Assembly (NCBI GenBank): GCA_050261575.1
Contig: JBLNDL010000057.1
Span: 1 to 64,000, forward strand
Reading direction: 5' to 3'
DNA: 64,000 nucleotides
Source: Sphingomonadaceae bacterium
GTDB taxonomy: Bacteria > Chloroflexota > UBA6077
Part shown: positions 8,939 to 16,901 of the stretch, one piece after another
Layout: each line of letters starts with the position of its first letter
Position numbering within the stretch: position 1 is the first letter of the stretch
Notes under the pieces: generated by a model
What the model was told of the DNA's origin: nothing
Databases searched by the model: none
What the model saw: only the letters and a program-made list of their open reading frames with translations
Made by a program: the position numbers and the translations under genes

Positions 8939-9049
8939 CGTGCTAGTCTCCGGCGGCGAGTGCTATTCAGCTAGCAAGATTCTACGTGGAGGCTGGAGGC
9001 TGACACAATTCGGATGTGTCAGATTGTTCATACCCGACGAGCTACACTG

Positions 9050-9250
9050 CTATGAGTTCTCGCCCCGCGGCCCCGCGGGGATTGCCGACTTGCTCTCGGT
9101 CCTGAATGATACATCCTTGGGCCTTCCGCCGGCGCGGGTCAGGTACACGATCACGCTGATCGACGTCAGGGTCGGGTCCCGGTCGATCGCCTCCCTCCTG
9201 ATCTCGATCTCCCTGGTGATGCCAGCGAGGATCTCGTCAGTGCGCGACAT
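9050..9250 (-). CDS. Small hypothetical phage protein
   Basis: RBS GAGGAG; 66 aa with plausible alpha/beta composition. Confidence 0.65.
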   Translation of the reverse strand: MSRTDEILAGITREIEIRREAIDRDPTLTSISVIVYLTRAGGRPKDVSFRTESKSAIPAGPRGENS

Positions 9251-9293
9251 TCAATCTCCTCGGCACTCGGATTATGTTAGTTAGCTGTGGGTA

Positions 9294-9322
9294 TTGCACC
9301 GTGGTCCGATAGGTGCTAGACT
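9294..9322 (+). promoter_or_regulatory. Sigma70-type promoter TTGCAC-17-TAGACT with extended -10 TG
   Basis: -35 at 9294-9299, TG at 9314-9315, -10 at 9317-9322; points at a structured non-coding segment. Confidence 0.7.
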
Positions 9323-9328
9323 GATTAC

Positions 9329-9434
9329 GGTCCTGGGGTGAGAAGTCGCCTCTCACGCCGGGCAAAAGCCCGCTAGAGACCCGGATGCGGCGCACCGGCT
9401 ACGGGACCCGAAACCTGCCTACTGGGCAGGTTTT
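9329..9434 (+). ncRNA. Putative structured small RNA (closing stem plus three hairpins, then terminator)
   Basis: GGTCCTG/CGGGACC closing stem; GTGAGA/TCTCAC, CGGGC/GCCCG and CCGG/CCGG arms; flanked by promoter and terminator. Confidence 0.7.
9411..9434 (+). terminator. Intrinsic terminator, possibly bidirectional, overlapping the stop codon of the convergent gene
   Basis: AAACCTGCCT-ACT-GGGCAGGTTTT. Confidence 0.75.
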
Positions 9435-10552
9435 GTCGTTCCCAACTCCTTCCATTCCCGTCTCACCTGTCCCTTTTGGTAGAACTCCCGCTCCCCAGAG
9501 AGGTAGACGGTGATAATCCGATGCTCCTTACTGCACTTCTGCCCCGGTAGGCCGGCGAGACTCAGAGCAACGACCACATAGTGTTTGGGGTCTTCCGGAT
9601 CCCTCACGGCCAGCGTTTGTCTCCAGTGCCCGCTCCTTGCCAAGTCCAGGTGTCTGCGCCCGAGCTCAGGGGACTCGATTGCTCTGCGGATCAGGTGAGG
9701 CTTCTCCGCAAGCAACTTCGCACGGAGAGGGCCGTCCTTTGGGTTGTTGACGATATGAGCGACCCTCTCCTTGGTTACCATGACGCGGAGAGGCCGCAGA
9801 TGATCCCGTCCTGGCTCCCCATCGGGATACCATCCCTTTAGGTCTGGCATCTGGCCGACCTTCTGTTTTCCCGACTGCCCAACCGTGATGGACTCGACCG
9901 GCGCGCGTCGCTTGCCATGGCCCTTCTGATCGTGCTTGCCCGGGAGATGAAAGACTTTGCCTAGCGTGGTCTCGAGGAATTGTGGGTTCTGGTCAGCGTC
10001 AGGCTTCATCCCATCCATGCGTCGGCGCGTCTCCTCGAACCGGCGTCGGTAAGTCTCGAGCCGGGCCTTGAGCTCGGCTGTGTCCGACCGGACGCTAGTC
10101 GACCGCTCCCCGATGATAAAGGCCTCGGCCTCCTCAAGGTCAGACAGGAGTTCGTCGAAGAGAGCGGCCAGAGAGCCGTCACTCGCCTTCGTGGGTGCAT
10201 CCCTGTGGGGTAAAGGTTTTCCCTCCAGGATCGCTCCCTCTACCCGGTAGAGCTCCTCGAGGTCGGCGTACTGTACGGCCTCCGGCGATGTCCGGCGGAC
10301 GAAGTACTGGTCCCCCTCGTCGCGGCCGAAGTACTCCCATATGGCGCGGGGGGAGTGGCCTCTGCCAGTCGCCCAAGAGATCCGCTCGTTGTATTCGGCC
10401 GCGGCGGCCTCGCATCCCTCTACCGGCCTGAGCAGGATGGCCCCCCGGCCAGCGCCCCCGTCGCGATCCCAAACCCACAGGATTGCCGGCCGGAAGGCCC
10501 CAAGGTCGCGATCCAGCCGCTCCTCTCGCATGACCTCATAGCGCACAGGCAA
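9419..10552 (-). CDS. Mosaic protein with HLPGKHDQKGHG motif and C-terminal PBECR/RelE-like nuclease domain
   Basis: VTKERVAHI..IRRAIESPE..VVVALS..RIITVY resembles phage BECR-fold RNases. Confidence 0.55.
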   Translation of the reverse strand: MPVRYEVMREERLDRDLGAFRPAILWVWDRDGGAGRGAILLRPVEGCEAAAAEYNERISWATGRGHSPRAIWEYFGRDEGDQYFVRRTSPEAVQYADLEELYRVEGAILEGKPLPHRDAPTKASDGSLAALFDELLSDLEEAEAFIIGERSTSVRSDTAELKARLETYRRRFEETRRRMDGMKPDADQNPQFLETTLGKVFHLPGKHDQKGHGKRRAPVESITVGQSGKQKVGQMPDLKGWYPDGEPGRDHLRPLRVMVTKERVAHIVNNPKDGPLRAKLLAEKPHLIRRAIESPELGRRHLDLARSGHWRQTLAVRDPEDPKHYVVVALSLAGLPGQKCSKEHRIITVYLSGEREFYQKGQVRREWKELGTTKPAQ

Positions 10553-10904
10553 TCCCTCCCTCTGGCAGGTTGTGGGCGACCTCCGGATGAGATCGGATCC
10601 ACTCGGCGAAGGCCGCCAGGATCTCAGTCTGTCGAGGTTCCCAGGCGGGCTCTACCAGGACGTAGCCGACGCCGGGCACGTCGACGCGGACCTGGCCGTC
10701 GTCCAGGACCACCATGGCGACCCGATCGTGCATGTGGATCCGCTCCTCTGGCCCGGCCCACAGGAACTCCAGCCGGCCTCGAGCCTCGTCGACCTTGATC
10801 CACCAAAGGGGCCAGGGCCCGAGGGATCTCCGTCCCTCCATGACAACCGACAAGACGGCGCCGGCTTTGACCGTGCGCTCGAGTTGCTTCGTTGCCTCGC
10901 TCAT
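10536..10904 (-). CDS. Hypothetical protein, candidate immunity protein for MuF toxin domain
   Basis: 122 aa, ATGA-coupled to the MuF stop codon. Confidence 0.6.
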   Translation of the reverse strand: MSEATKQLERTVKAGAVLSVVMEGRRSLGPWPLWWIKVDEARGRLEFLWAGPEERIHMHDRVAMVVLDDGQVRVDVPGVGYVLVEPAWEPRQTEILAAFAEWIRSHPEVAHNLPEGGIACAL

Positions 10905-13900
10905 CGGACGACGTCCTCCACCTGTCTGCCGTTGATCTCGGTGATGCCATGCTGCCTAAACAGATCCAGGATCTCCCGGCGGCGGCCGCCGGAGTTGATC
11001 CGGATCAGATTGTCCACCAGGGAGACGCCATTCTTGATGATCGCCTCGTTGGCCCCATGGCGCGAGGCGTTCTTCCATGCCGCGATCGTGACGTTCCGCC
11101 TCGTCTTGGTGGCGGGGTCGGAGCGGCCGTACATATCGCCGTCGTAGGATATCAGGTCCGTCCGGAGGAGCAGCCGCTGATCGAAGACCAGGTGGTAGCT
11201 GTCCCAGGCCCGCTTCGGCATGATTCGGGTGAAGAAGTAGCTGGCTCCGCCGGTCCTCATGTCGGGCTCGGGGCTCATCCCCTGGCCGGTGTACACCCCG
11301 GTTCGGATTCGCTCCTCAGTGTTGAGGGCCCAGCCGTTACCCTCCAGGACGTCCCGCAGGAACGTGTAGGTGTCGCGGCTCCAGAGGTGGTGGGCGAGGG
11401 CGTAGTCTGCCATCTCGGTCTCGAAGGTCGACCGGTCGATGTCGAACCGCTCCCAGTAGGGCCGGCCGGCTGGACCCGTTGCCGTCGCCCCGCTTGCCGG
11501 GTTCCAACCGCGGTCGAACTTGGGCTCGGGGTTGTAGCCCGGGAGATCCTCGAGTTTGTCAGCCTTCTTGAGCTTGAGCTTCTTCTTGAGGGCCTCCTTG
11601 AGGACGGTCAACTTGCCTGCGACCGTCGGCTCGGCCTCGGCCGCGGCGATCGCCGAGTTCCAGGCGGCATCCCCCTCCAGCTTCATGGCATGGGCTTGCT
11701 TGTGGAGGTAGACGAGCTCAAGGTCTGCCCGGGTGGCCAGCTTGGCCTCGACTCCCAGGCGCTTGAACTGGTCCAGGGTGTCGGCGATCTCCCGGGCCGT
11801 CCCCTGGTAACCCTCCCTGTAGATGGTAAGCCTGCCCATCTTGGAGTAGGTGTTGGCGTCCCCGTGCTGGATGTAAATCCCCGTCATGCCGCCCCCGAGA
11901 TCGAGGGTGTAGCCGGTCTCTCCGGAGAGGATCTCCTTGGCAGCGCTGGCGACGATCTCCCCGTTCTGGAGGGTGCGCTTGTACTGCCAGGGCCGCTCGC
12001 GGCTCGCGTGGATCTTGTCCGGCGCGATCGGCGCCGGCTTGACTGGGATCTGGTACTGTTCGGCGAAGAGGTTGGGATCGTAGGCCGCCTTGAGCCAGGA
12101 CTCGACCTGCGCGACCGAGGCGGTCGCAACGTCCAGGACCGTCTTCCCGGTCATCTTCTCGATCAGGGCCGAGTAGTGGCCGAGCATGTCCTCGACGTCC
12201 TGGGGGGCCGAGGGGGAACTCGTCTTGACGATCTTCTCCGCGGCCTTCTGGATGCCTGCGACCTTGTCTGCCTTGAGAACGTCGTCCTTGCCCGGCGAGC
12301 CGGGCTTCAGGTGGTAATGGACGTGCTTGATCGTCGTCAGGACGTCGCCCCAGAGGTTGTCGGCGGGATGGGTCCGCGGCCCCGCGGCCGACGGCGTCCC
12401 GATCGCCTGGAGGATCCTCCCCTCGGCGGCCTCCCGCACCTTGGCCTCCAGGACCAGGGTTATCTTCGTCCCCTGTCGGATCTCGTAGGCCAGGACGTGG
12501 GCGTCCTCGAAGTCGGGGCCGCCGACCATGATGGACCTGCCGGCCCATCCCTGCTCGGTTACCTGGCGAGCGAAGTCGTCGTCGAGCCTGGTGTAGGCGC
12601 CCACGGGGGTCTGCTGGCCGAGCCTGCGCGCCCGCGCTGCGTCCGCCCTCTTGTAGAGGTCGTCGAAGTCGGAGACGATGGTACGTTTGCGCTGGACCAG
12701 GCGGTCCAGGAGCTCGTCGACGGTGCGGTAGTATCCCTTGCGGACCCCGTACTCGGCGTACGGGCGGAACGCATCCCTGAGGACCCGATCATCCAGGTCG
12801 ACGACCCGCTTGAGGATGGGGGCGATCGCCGATCGATCGAGGGTGATCCGGCCAGCGATGTGGGCCTCGAACATGCGGTTGTAGACTACGGGGAGAGGAT
12901 TCGGGTTGTAGGTCCAATCGAGCGTATCGGACCCAATCCACTTGACCGCTTGCCCCTTGTCGACGGCGTAGATCCGGCCGGCCTTGCTTATCAGGAAGGC
13001 CCCCTCGTTGGAGTCGTGTTGGCCGACGAGCCAGTCAAGGACCTGGTGGGTCTGAATGTCCTCGAGTTGCTGTCTGGTCAGCGTGTGGAGACCGTCGGCC
13101 TTGAGAGGGGCGTCGACATCGTTGAACATCCTCTGGATCGTGCCCGTCTTTCCCCCAATCGTGACCAAGTACACCTCGGGGGCGGGAAGGCCGAGCTCGG
13201 CCATGATCTTGTAGGTCGCCCGCTCGGCGAGGCCGGCGACCTCATCGGGCTTGAACAGCCACTTGGCCCCTTCCTTGTCCCGGTAGACATGCTTCTCGTG
13301 GATCCCCCCGAGGCTCATGGCAATCTCGGTCAGGTCCTGTATCCACTCGGGCGACCCAGGGAGAGCCTTCGGCGGGAGTGGCGGGGTTTCCTGCTTTGGC
13401 AGGGACGGCGCCGTCGGATTGACGAGGCCCTGTCCACACCGGCAATTGTGAGTGATTATCCCTTCAGCGATGTACCATCCTGATGCTGTCTGGAGGTTGT
13501 AGACGTGACCGCGAAACGGAACGATATCGACAGCGACTATGTCGTCGGCCAGTACCTGGCCGGCAGGGGAGCTCCTAGCATCGCCAAGGAACTCGGCGTA
13601 AGCGAGACCGTCATCCGCCGGATACTTCGGGAGGGCAACGTTCAGCCTCGTCCGATCGGCAACCCCCGGTTGGACATCGATCTGACCGAGTTGAGTCGCT
13701 TGTACCTCGACGGCATCTCGGAGAAGGCGCTGGCCGAGCGCTTCGGTGTTGACCGGAGTGGTATCCGCCGACGCTTGCTTGCTCTTGGGATTGAGCCTCG
13801 CGGGCAGTCCGATGCCGAGTCTGTTAAGTGGGCGAGAATGAGCCCCGACGAGCGGTCGCGCCAGGTTGCCGCCGCCCACGCAGCTACGCGTGGCAAGCCC

Positions 13901-15379
13901 AAGTCGCTCGAAGCCAAGATGGCTCATGCCCAAACCGTCCAGTCTCGAGCTCTCCACATCTCCCCAACGGAATACCTGCTCGCCGCTCTTCTTCGGGAAC
14001 GTGGCGTCGACGTCGTTCATCAGCAGGCCATCGGTCCATACAACTGCGACCTGGGAGCCTTTCCCGTCGCCGTGGAAGTCTTCGGTGGCCACTGGCACTG
14101 GCATGGCCGACACATGCTCCGCACACCCGAACGCATGCGCTATATCCTCGATGGGGGCTGGCATCTCCTGATCGTCGCCGTCCATTCCTGGCGTCCCCTC
14201 GTGCCTGAGACGGCAGACTACATAGTCGCCTTTCTTAAGGAGGCACGCTGCGACCCAGCCAGACGGCGTGAGTATCGGGTGATTCGGGGTGCAGGAGAGC
14301 GTCTTGCCTCCGGATGTGCTGATGACGATGAGATCTCCCTCGTACCAGCGCTTGCTCGCGGCCGCGATTCCCTTGGCCGTTACGCGAGCATCCCCAGGTA
14401 GACATTGCGGGTGGAGAGGCGGGTTGGCGACCTCATATCCCCCCGGCGCTTTGAACGGCTTGTCGACCGGGACCTCCTGTCCCTTCATCTGCTTGCAGGT
14501 GGGGCAGAGGCGATCGTCAGGGGTGACTATCCATCGCCTCATGGTCTTCGACCGGTCGAGGTATCCCTGATCGGCGGCGAGCTGCCACATGGCTGCCTGG
14601 CCGGCGTTGCTGGCCGCGATCGTCTCCGTCCGAGCGATGGCCCTCGCGCGGTATCGTCGGAGGCGCAGGGCATAGTTGGCGAACAGCCTGTCGATCTTCT
14701 CGTCTGTGAGGGACTTGTCCCCCTTGGTCTGCCTCTTCTTCAGCCCGTTGTAGTAGTTGTCCGCGGCGGCAGCGAGGGTGTTCGTGAGAGGGACCAGTGG
14801 AAGGATCTTCCGCGCCAGGGCCGCTGGCCCGTAGCCCTCCTGGAACTCCTCCACCAGTAGGGCACGGATCTGGGCCTTGGAGGCCTCAGAGATGTCGTCC
14901 TTGATGAGCTTGGTCGACTCGGTCTCGGCCCACTCGAGGGCCATCGGGTTCAGCAGGTCGAAGTACCCCTTGATCTTGGGACCGAGCATGCTCATGACGG
15001 CGATGTATGGGTCGGACTCCGCCGCCCGCTTCGCCTCCGGAGGGAGGAGGTCGAGGCCCTGGCCGGCGACGTGGGCGCCCCCCAGGTAGCCGGCCCGTAG
15101 GACGTCGACCATGCGGAGGAATCGACTCTCGAGGGTCGCGTAGGGGATCGCCCCGAGGGCGGCGTCGACGTCCCGCGCTCTGATCGCCCGCACCAGGGCC
15201 CGTTCGTCCACATCGGCGAGGGCGTCCTCGAAGGAGCTGAGGATCACCCGCTCGAGGATTGGGGCGACCAGGTCGGCGACGCCGTGAATCCGCCTCCACT
15301 CGGCATCGGCCGTCGTCTCGGCAAACAGGCGCCTTGCCCGTAGAGAGGGGAGCGGAGGGCGGGTCGTCACGACTAGCAT
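10901..15379 (-). CDS. MuF (SPP1 gp7-like) minor head protein with intein, HipA/PI3K-like kinase domain and putative ART-like C-terminus
   Basis: RARAIARTET, W..TPDDRLCPTC, PPLHPQ|CRC MuF motifs; WLFKP..DWLVGQHD..IYAVDKG kinase motifs; RBS GGAGG before MLVVTT. Confidence 0.88.
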   Translation of the reverse strand: MLVVTTRPPLPSLRARRLFAETTADAEWRRIHGVADLVAPILERVILSSFEDALADVDERALVRAIRARDVDAALGAIPYATLESRFLRMVDVLRAGYLGGAHVAGQGLDLLPPEAKRAAESDPYIAVMSMLGPKIKGYFDLLNPMALEWAETESTKLIKDDISEASKAQIRALLVEEFQEGYGPAALARKILPLVPLTNTLAAAADNYYNGLKKRQTKGDKSLTDEKIDRLFANYALRLRRYRARAIARTETIAASNAGQAAMWQLAADQGYLDRSKTMRRWIVTPDDRLCPTCKQMKGQEVPVDKPFKAPGGYEVANPPLHPQCLPGDARVTAKGIAAASKRWYEGDLIVISTSGGKTLSCTPNHPILTPSGWVAACLLKKGDYVVCRLRHEGTPGMDGDDQEMPAPIEDIAHAFGCAEHVSAMPVPVATEDFHGDGKGSQVAVVWTDGLLMNDVDATFPKKSGEQVFRWGDVESSRLDGLGMSHLGFERLGLATRSCVGGGNLARPLVGAHSRPLNRLGIGLPARLNPKSKQASADTTPVNTEALGQRLLRDAVEVQATQLGQIDVQPGVADRTRLNVALPKYPADDGLAYAEFLGDARSSPAGQVLADDIVAVDIVPFRGHVYNLQTASGWYIAEGIITHNCRCGQGLVNPTAPSLPKQETPPLPPKALPGSPEWIQDLTEIAMSLGGIHEKHVYRDKEGAKWLFKPDEVAGLAERATYKIMAELGLPAPEVYLVTIGGKTGTIQRMFNDVDAPLKADGLHTLTRQQLEDIQTHQVLDWLVGQHDSNEGAFLISKAGRIYAVDKGQAVKWIGSDTLDWTYNPNPLPVVYNRMFEAHIAGRITLDRSAIAPILKRVVDLDDRVLRDAFRPYAEYGVRKGYYRTVDELLDRLVQRKRTIVSDFDDLYKRADAARARRLGQQTPVGAYTRLDDDFARQVTEQGWAGRSIMVGGPDFEDAHVLAYEIRQGTKITLVLEAKVREAAEGRILQAIGTPSAAGPRTHPADNLWGDVLTTIKHVHYHLKPGSPGKDDVLKADKVAGIQKAAEKIVKTSSPSAPQDVEDMLGHYSALIEKMTGKTVLDVATASVAQVESWLKAAYDPNLFAEQYQIPVKPAPIAPDKIHASRERPWQYKRTLQNGEIVASAAKEILSGETGYTLDLGGGMTGIYIQHGDANTYSKMGRLTIYREGYQGTAREIADTLDQFKRLGVEAKLATRADLELVYLHKQAHAMKLEGDAAWNSAIAAAEAEPTVAGKLTVLKEALKKKLKLKKADKLEDLPGYNPEPKFDRGWNPASGATATGPAGRPYWERFDIDRSTFETEMADYALAHHLWSRDTYTFLRDVLEGNGWALNTEERIRTGVYTGQGMSPEPDMRTGGASYFFTRIMPKRAWDSYHLVFDQRLLLRTDLISYDGDMYGRSDPATKTRRNVTIAAWKNASRHGANEAIIKNGVSLVDNLIRINSGGRRREILDLFRQHGITEINGRQVEDVVR
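13445..14404 (-). mobile_element. Intein, 320 aa, inserted in the MuF HPQ|CRC motif
   Basis: Block A CLPGDARV, block B CTPNHPILT, block F HVYNLQT, block G IITHN followed by Cys+1. Confidence 0.95.
13505..14401 (+). CDS. Antisense-encoded putative homing endonuclease (two HTH domains plus Vsr/DUF559-like PD-(D/E)xK domain) nested inside the intein
   Basis: GGAGG 8 nt before GTG; IAKELGVSETVIRRIL and LAERFGVDRSGIRRRL HTHs; SPTE..QQAIGPYNCD..AVEVFGGHWH..GW motif. Confidence 0.88.
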   Translation: MTAKRNDIDSDYVVGQYLAGRGAPSIAKELGVSETVIRRILREGNVQPRPIGNPRLDIDLTELSRLYLDGISEKALAERFGVDRSGIRRRLLALGIEPRGQSDAESVKWARMSPDERSRQVAAAHAATRGKPKSLEAKMAHAQTVQSRALHISPTEYLLAALLRERGVDVVHQQAIGPYNCDLGAFPVAVEVFGGHWHWHGRHMLRTPERMRYILDGGWHLLIVAVHSWRPLVPETADYIVAFLKEARCDPARRREYRVIRGAGERLASGCADDDEISLVPALARGRDSLGRYASIPR

Positions 15380-15492
15380 ACGGGCGCCCTCCGCTCGATG
15401 TAGTAGTGCCAGTCGCCGACGTTGGCGTAGAGGACCGTCGGGTCGGCGGAACGGTCCCATCCCCTCCAACTCACGAATCCCAGGACTGTCAT
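15373..15492 (-). CDS. 39-aa ORF coupling the portal and MuF genes
   Basis: ATG overlaps portal stop (ATGA); stop overlaps MuF start. Confidence 0.4.
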   Translation of the reverse strand: MTVLGFVSWRGWDRSADPTVLYANVGDWHYYIERRAPVC

Positions 15493-16832
15493 TCCTCGAC
15501 CTCGTCCTGGGGTAGTGTCAGCGCGGGTTTCCTCGGGCGGGCGGCACCCGAATCCTCCATGCCCAACCCTCCCTCCGGGACCGGCAGCCCGACCTTCCGG
15601 TAGATATGCTCGAAGACCTCCGGCGTGAGGGGCCCGCCGGCGGCCGCGAGGTTCTGGAGGAACTCTCCCCATACCTTCGGGTCGACGGTCTCGACGTCGC
15701 CATGGTGGAGGTACGGCGGGGCAACAGCCCATCTCATCCCGTTCAGTCGCAGTAGGGTCTTGATATGGGGGTTGACGATGGCGCCGATCCCGTCCATCCA
15801 AGCGCCGAGCGCGAAGCCGAACATCGCGGTCTTGTCGCTCGAGAGGGCGTAGGATCCCCTCCCTTCGTGTCCAAGGAGCACGAAGTCCGCGAGGAGAGCA
15901 GCGGCCATCCTCGTCTCCTTGCGGCGGATTATCCGGTCAGTGTCGAACTGACGCTGGCCCCCGGTCGAAAGGAGTTCGATCCGATACAGTGCCTTGCCGC
16001 TCTCCTGGTCGACGTCGCCCGGCATGACCAGTCCCTCTTGCTCATCCCGGCGGATGCTGGTCACCAGCTTCTGACAGTGGTCCAGGATGGCCTTCTCGTC
16101 GTCCGTGGCGTCAGGAGCTAGGAGTTCCGACGGCACGTAGATGACGGGCAGACCCGCGAGGTCGCGCTCGGCGCCGATCCCCTCGATTGTCTCCAGGTGC
16201 CGGATGAAGTACCAATCGCGGTAGCAGGACCGGAGAGCCGAGATCCCCTCAGGGTTATTCTTGCGGCTCGTCGTGCGAAACAGCATGCACTTCGAGAGGG
16301 GAACCTCTCGGCGCATGAAGTCGGGCTCGGCCTGCTGAATGAAGCCGATGGCGTGGCCCTCCTGGTCGAAGATCCACTCCTGGATTGACTCCTGAGCTCG
16401 GATCGACCAGTCCCGCCAGCCGATCAGGCCGTCGTCATAGGCCGAGTGGCGGGTCGGGTCGCCGGGGTTATCCCCGTGGCGCCACTTGTACAGTACCTCC
16501 AGCGGGGCGAAGCCGTAGATAAGCTCGGTCAGGATCTCCGAGAGCTCCTCCTTGAACGGCGTTTCCATGTCGTCGAGGCATGTTTGGACGAACTCGGCCT
16601 GGTCGACGTCGGTCTCGTGGTCCGAGCCCGGCTGGATCGACCATTCGGCTGCCCGGATCATCATCTCGATGGCGAACAGGATCCCTCCGAGCAAGGAGCT
16701 CTGTTCCGACATCTCCCGGTAGACCTGGCGACCCCGGACGCCGCGGAGCTCGGGGAGGTACTCCTCGTGGACGTAGCCACCGGACCGTTTAAGTCCGGTA
16801 GTCCCTATCGCCTGCAGGTTGATTCGAGCCAT
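15489..16832 (-). CDS. Portal protein (DUF935/Mu gp29-like)
   Basis: NNPEGISALRSCY..W..IGAERDLAGLP, GSYALS motifs; follows terminase. Confidence 0.9.
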   Translation of the reverse strand: MARINLQAIGTTGLKRSGGYVHEEYLPELRGVRGRQVYREMSEQSSLLGGILFAIEMMIRAAEWSIQPGSDHETDVDQAEFVQTCLDDMETPFKEELSEILTELIYGFAPLEVLYKWRHGDNPGDPTRHSAYDDGLIGWRDWSIRAQESIQEWIFDQEGHAIGFIQQAEPDFMRREVPLSKCMLFRTTSRKNNPEGISALRSCYRDWYFIRHLETIEGIGAERDLAGLPVIYVPSELLAPDATDDEKAILDHCQKLVTSIRRDEQEGLVMPGDVDQESGKALYRIELLSTGGQRQFDTDRIIRRKETRMAAALLADFVLLGHEGRGSYALSSDKTAMFGFALGAWMDGIGAIVNPHIKTLLRLNGMRWAVAPPYLHHGDVETVDPKVWGEFLQNLAAAGGPLTPEVFEHIYRKVGLPVPEGGLGMEDSGAARPRKPALTLPQDEVEE

Positions 16833-16901
16833 TCGGGCTTGCCTCCAATCCCGGCCGCGCGGCCGTCTGGTCTGTGTCAGGTTTACGTGTGTCGCTGTGG
16901 G

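Noticed and set aside
9329..9408. Canonical tRNA call for the cloverleaf-like RNA
   Set aside because: No TTC T-loop, 4-nt loop at the anticodon-arm position and no CCA; reported as an unknown ncRNA instead
10892..13483. 863-aa plus-strand ORF opposite the MuF C-terminal half
   Set aside because: No recognisable motif; it is the in-register antisense shadow expected in GC-rich genes. It shows that an open antisense frame alone is weak evidence; the 13505-14401 ORF is accepted because of its SD and domain motifs
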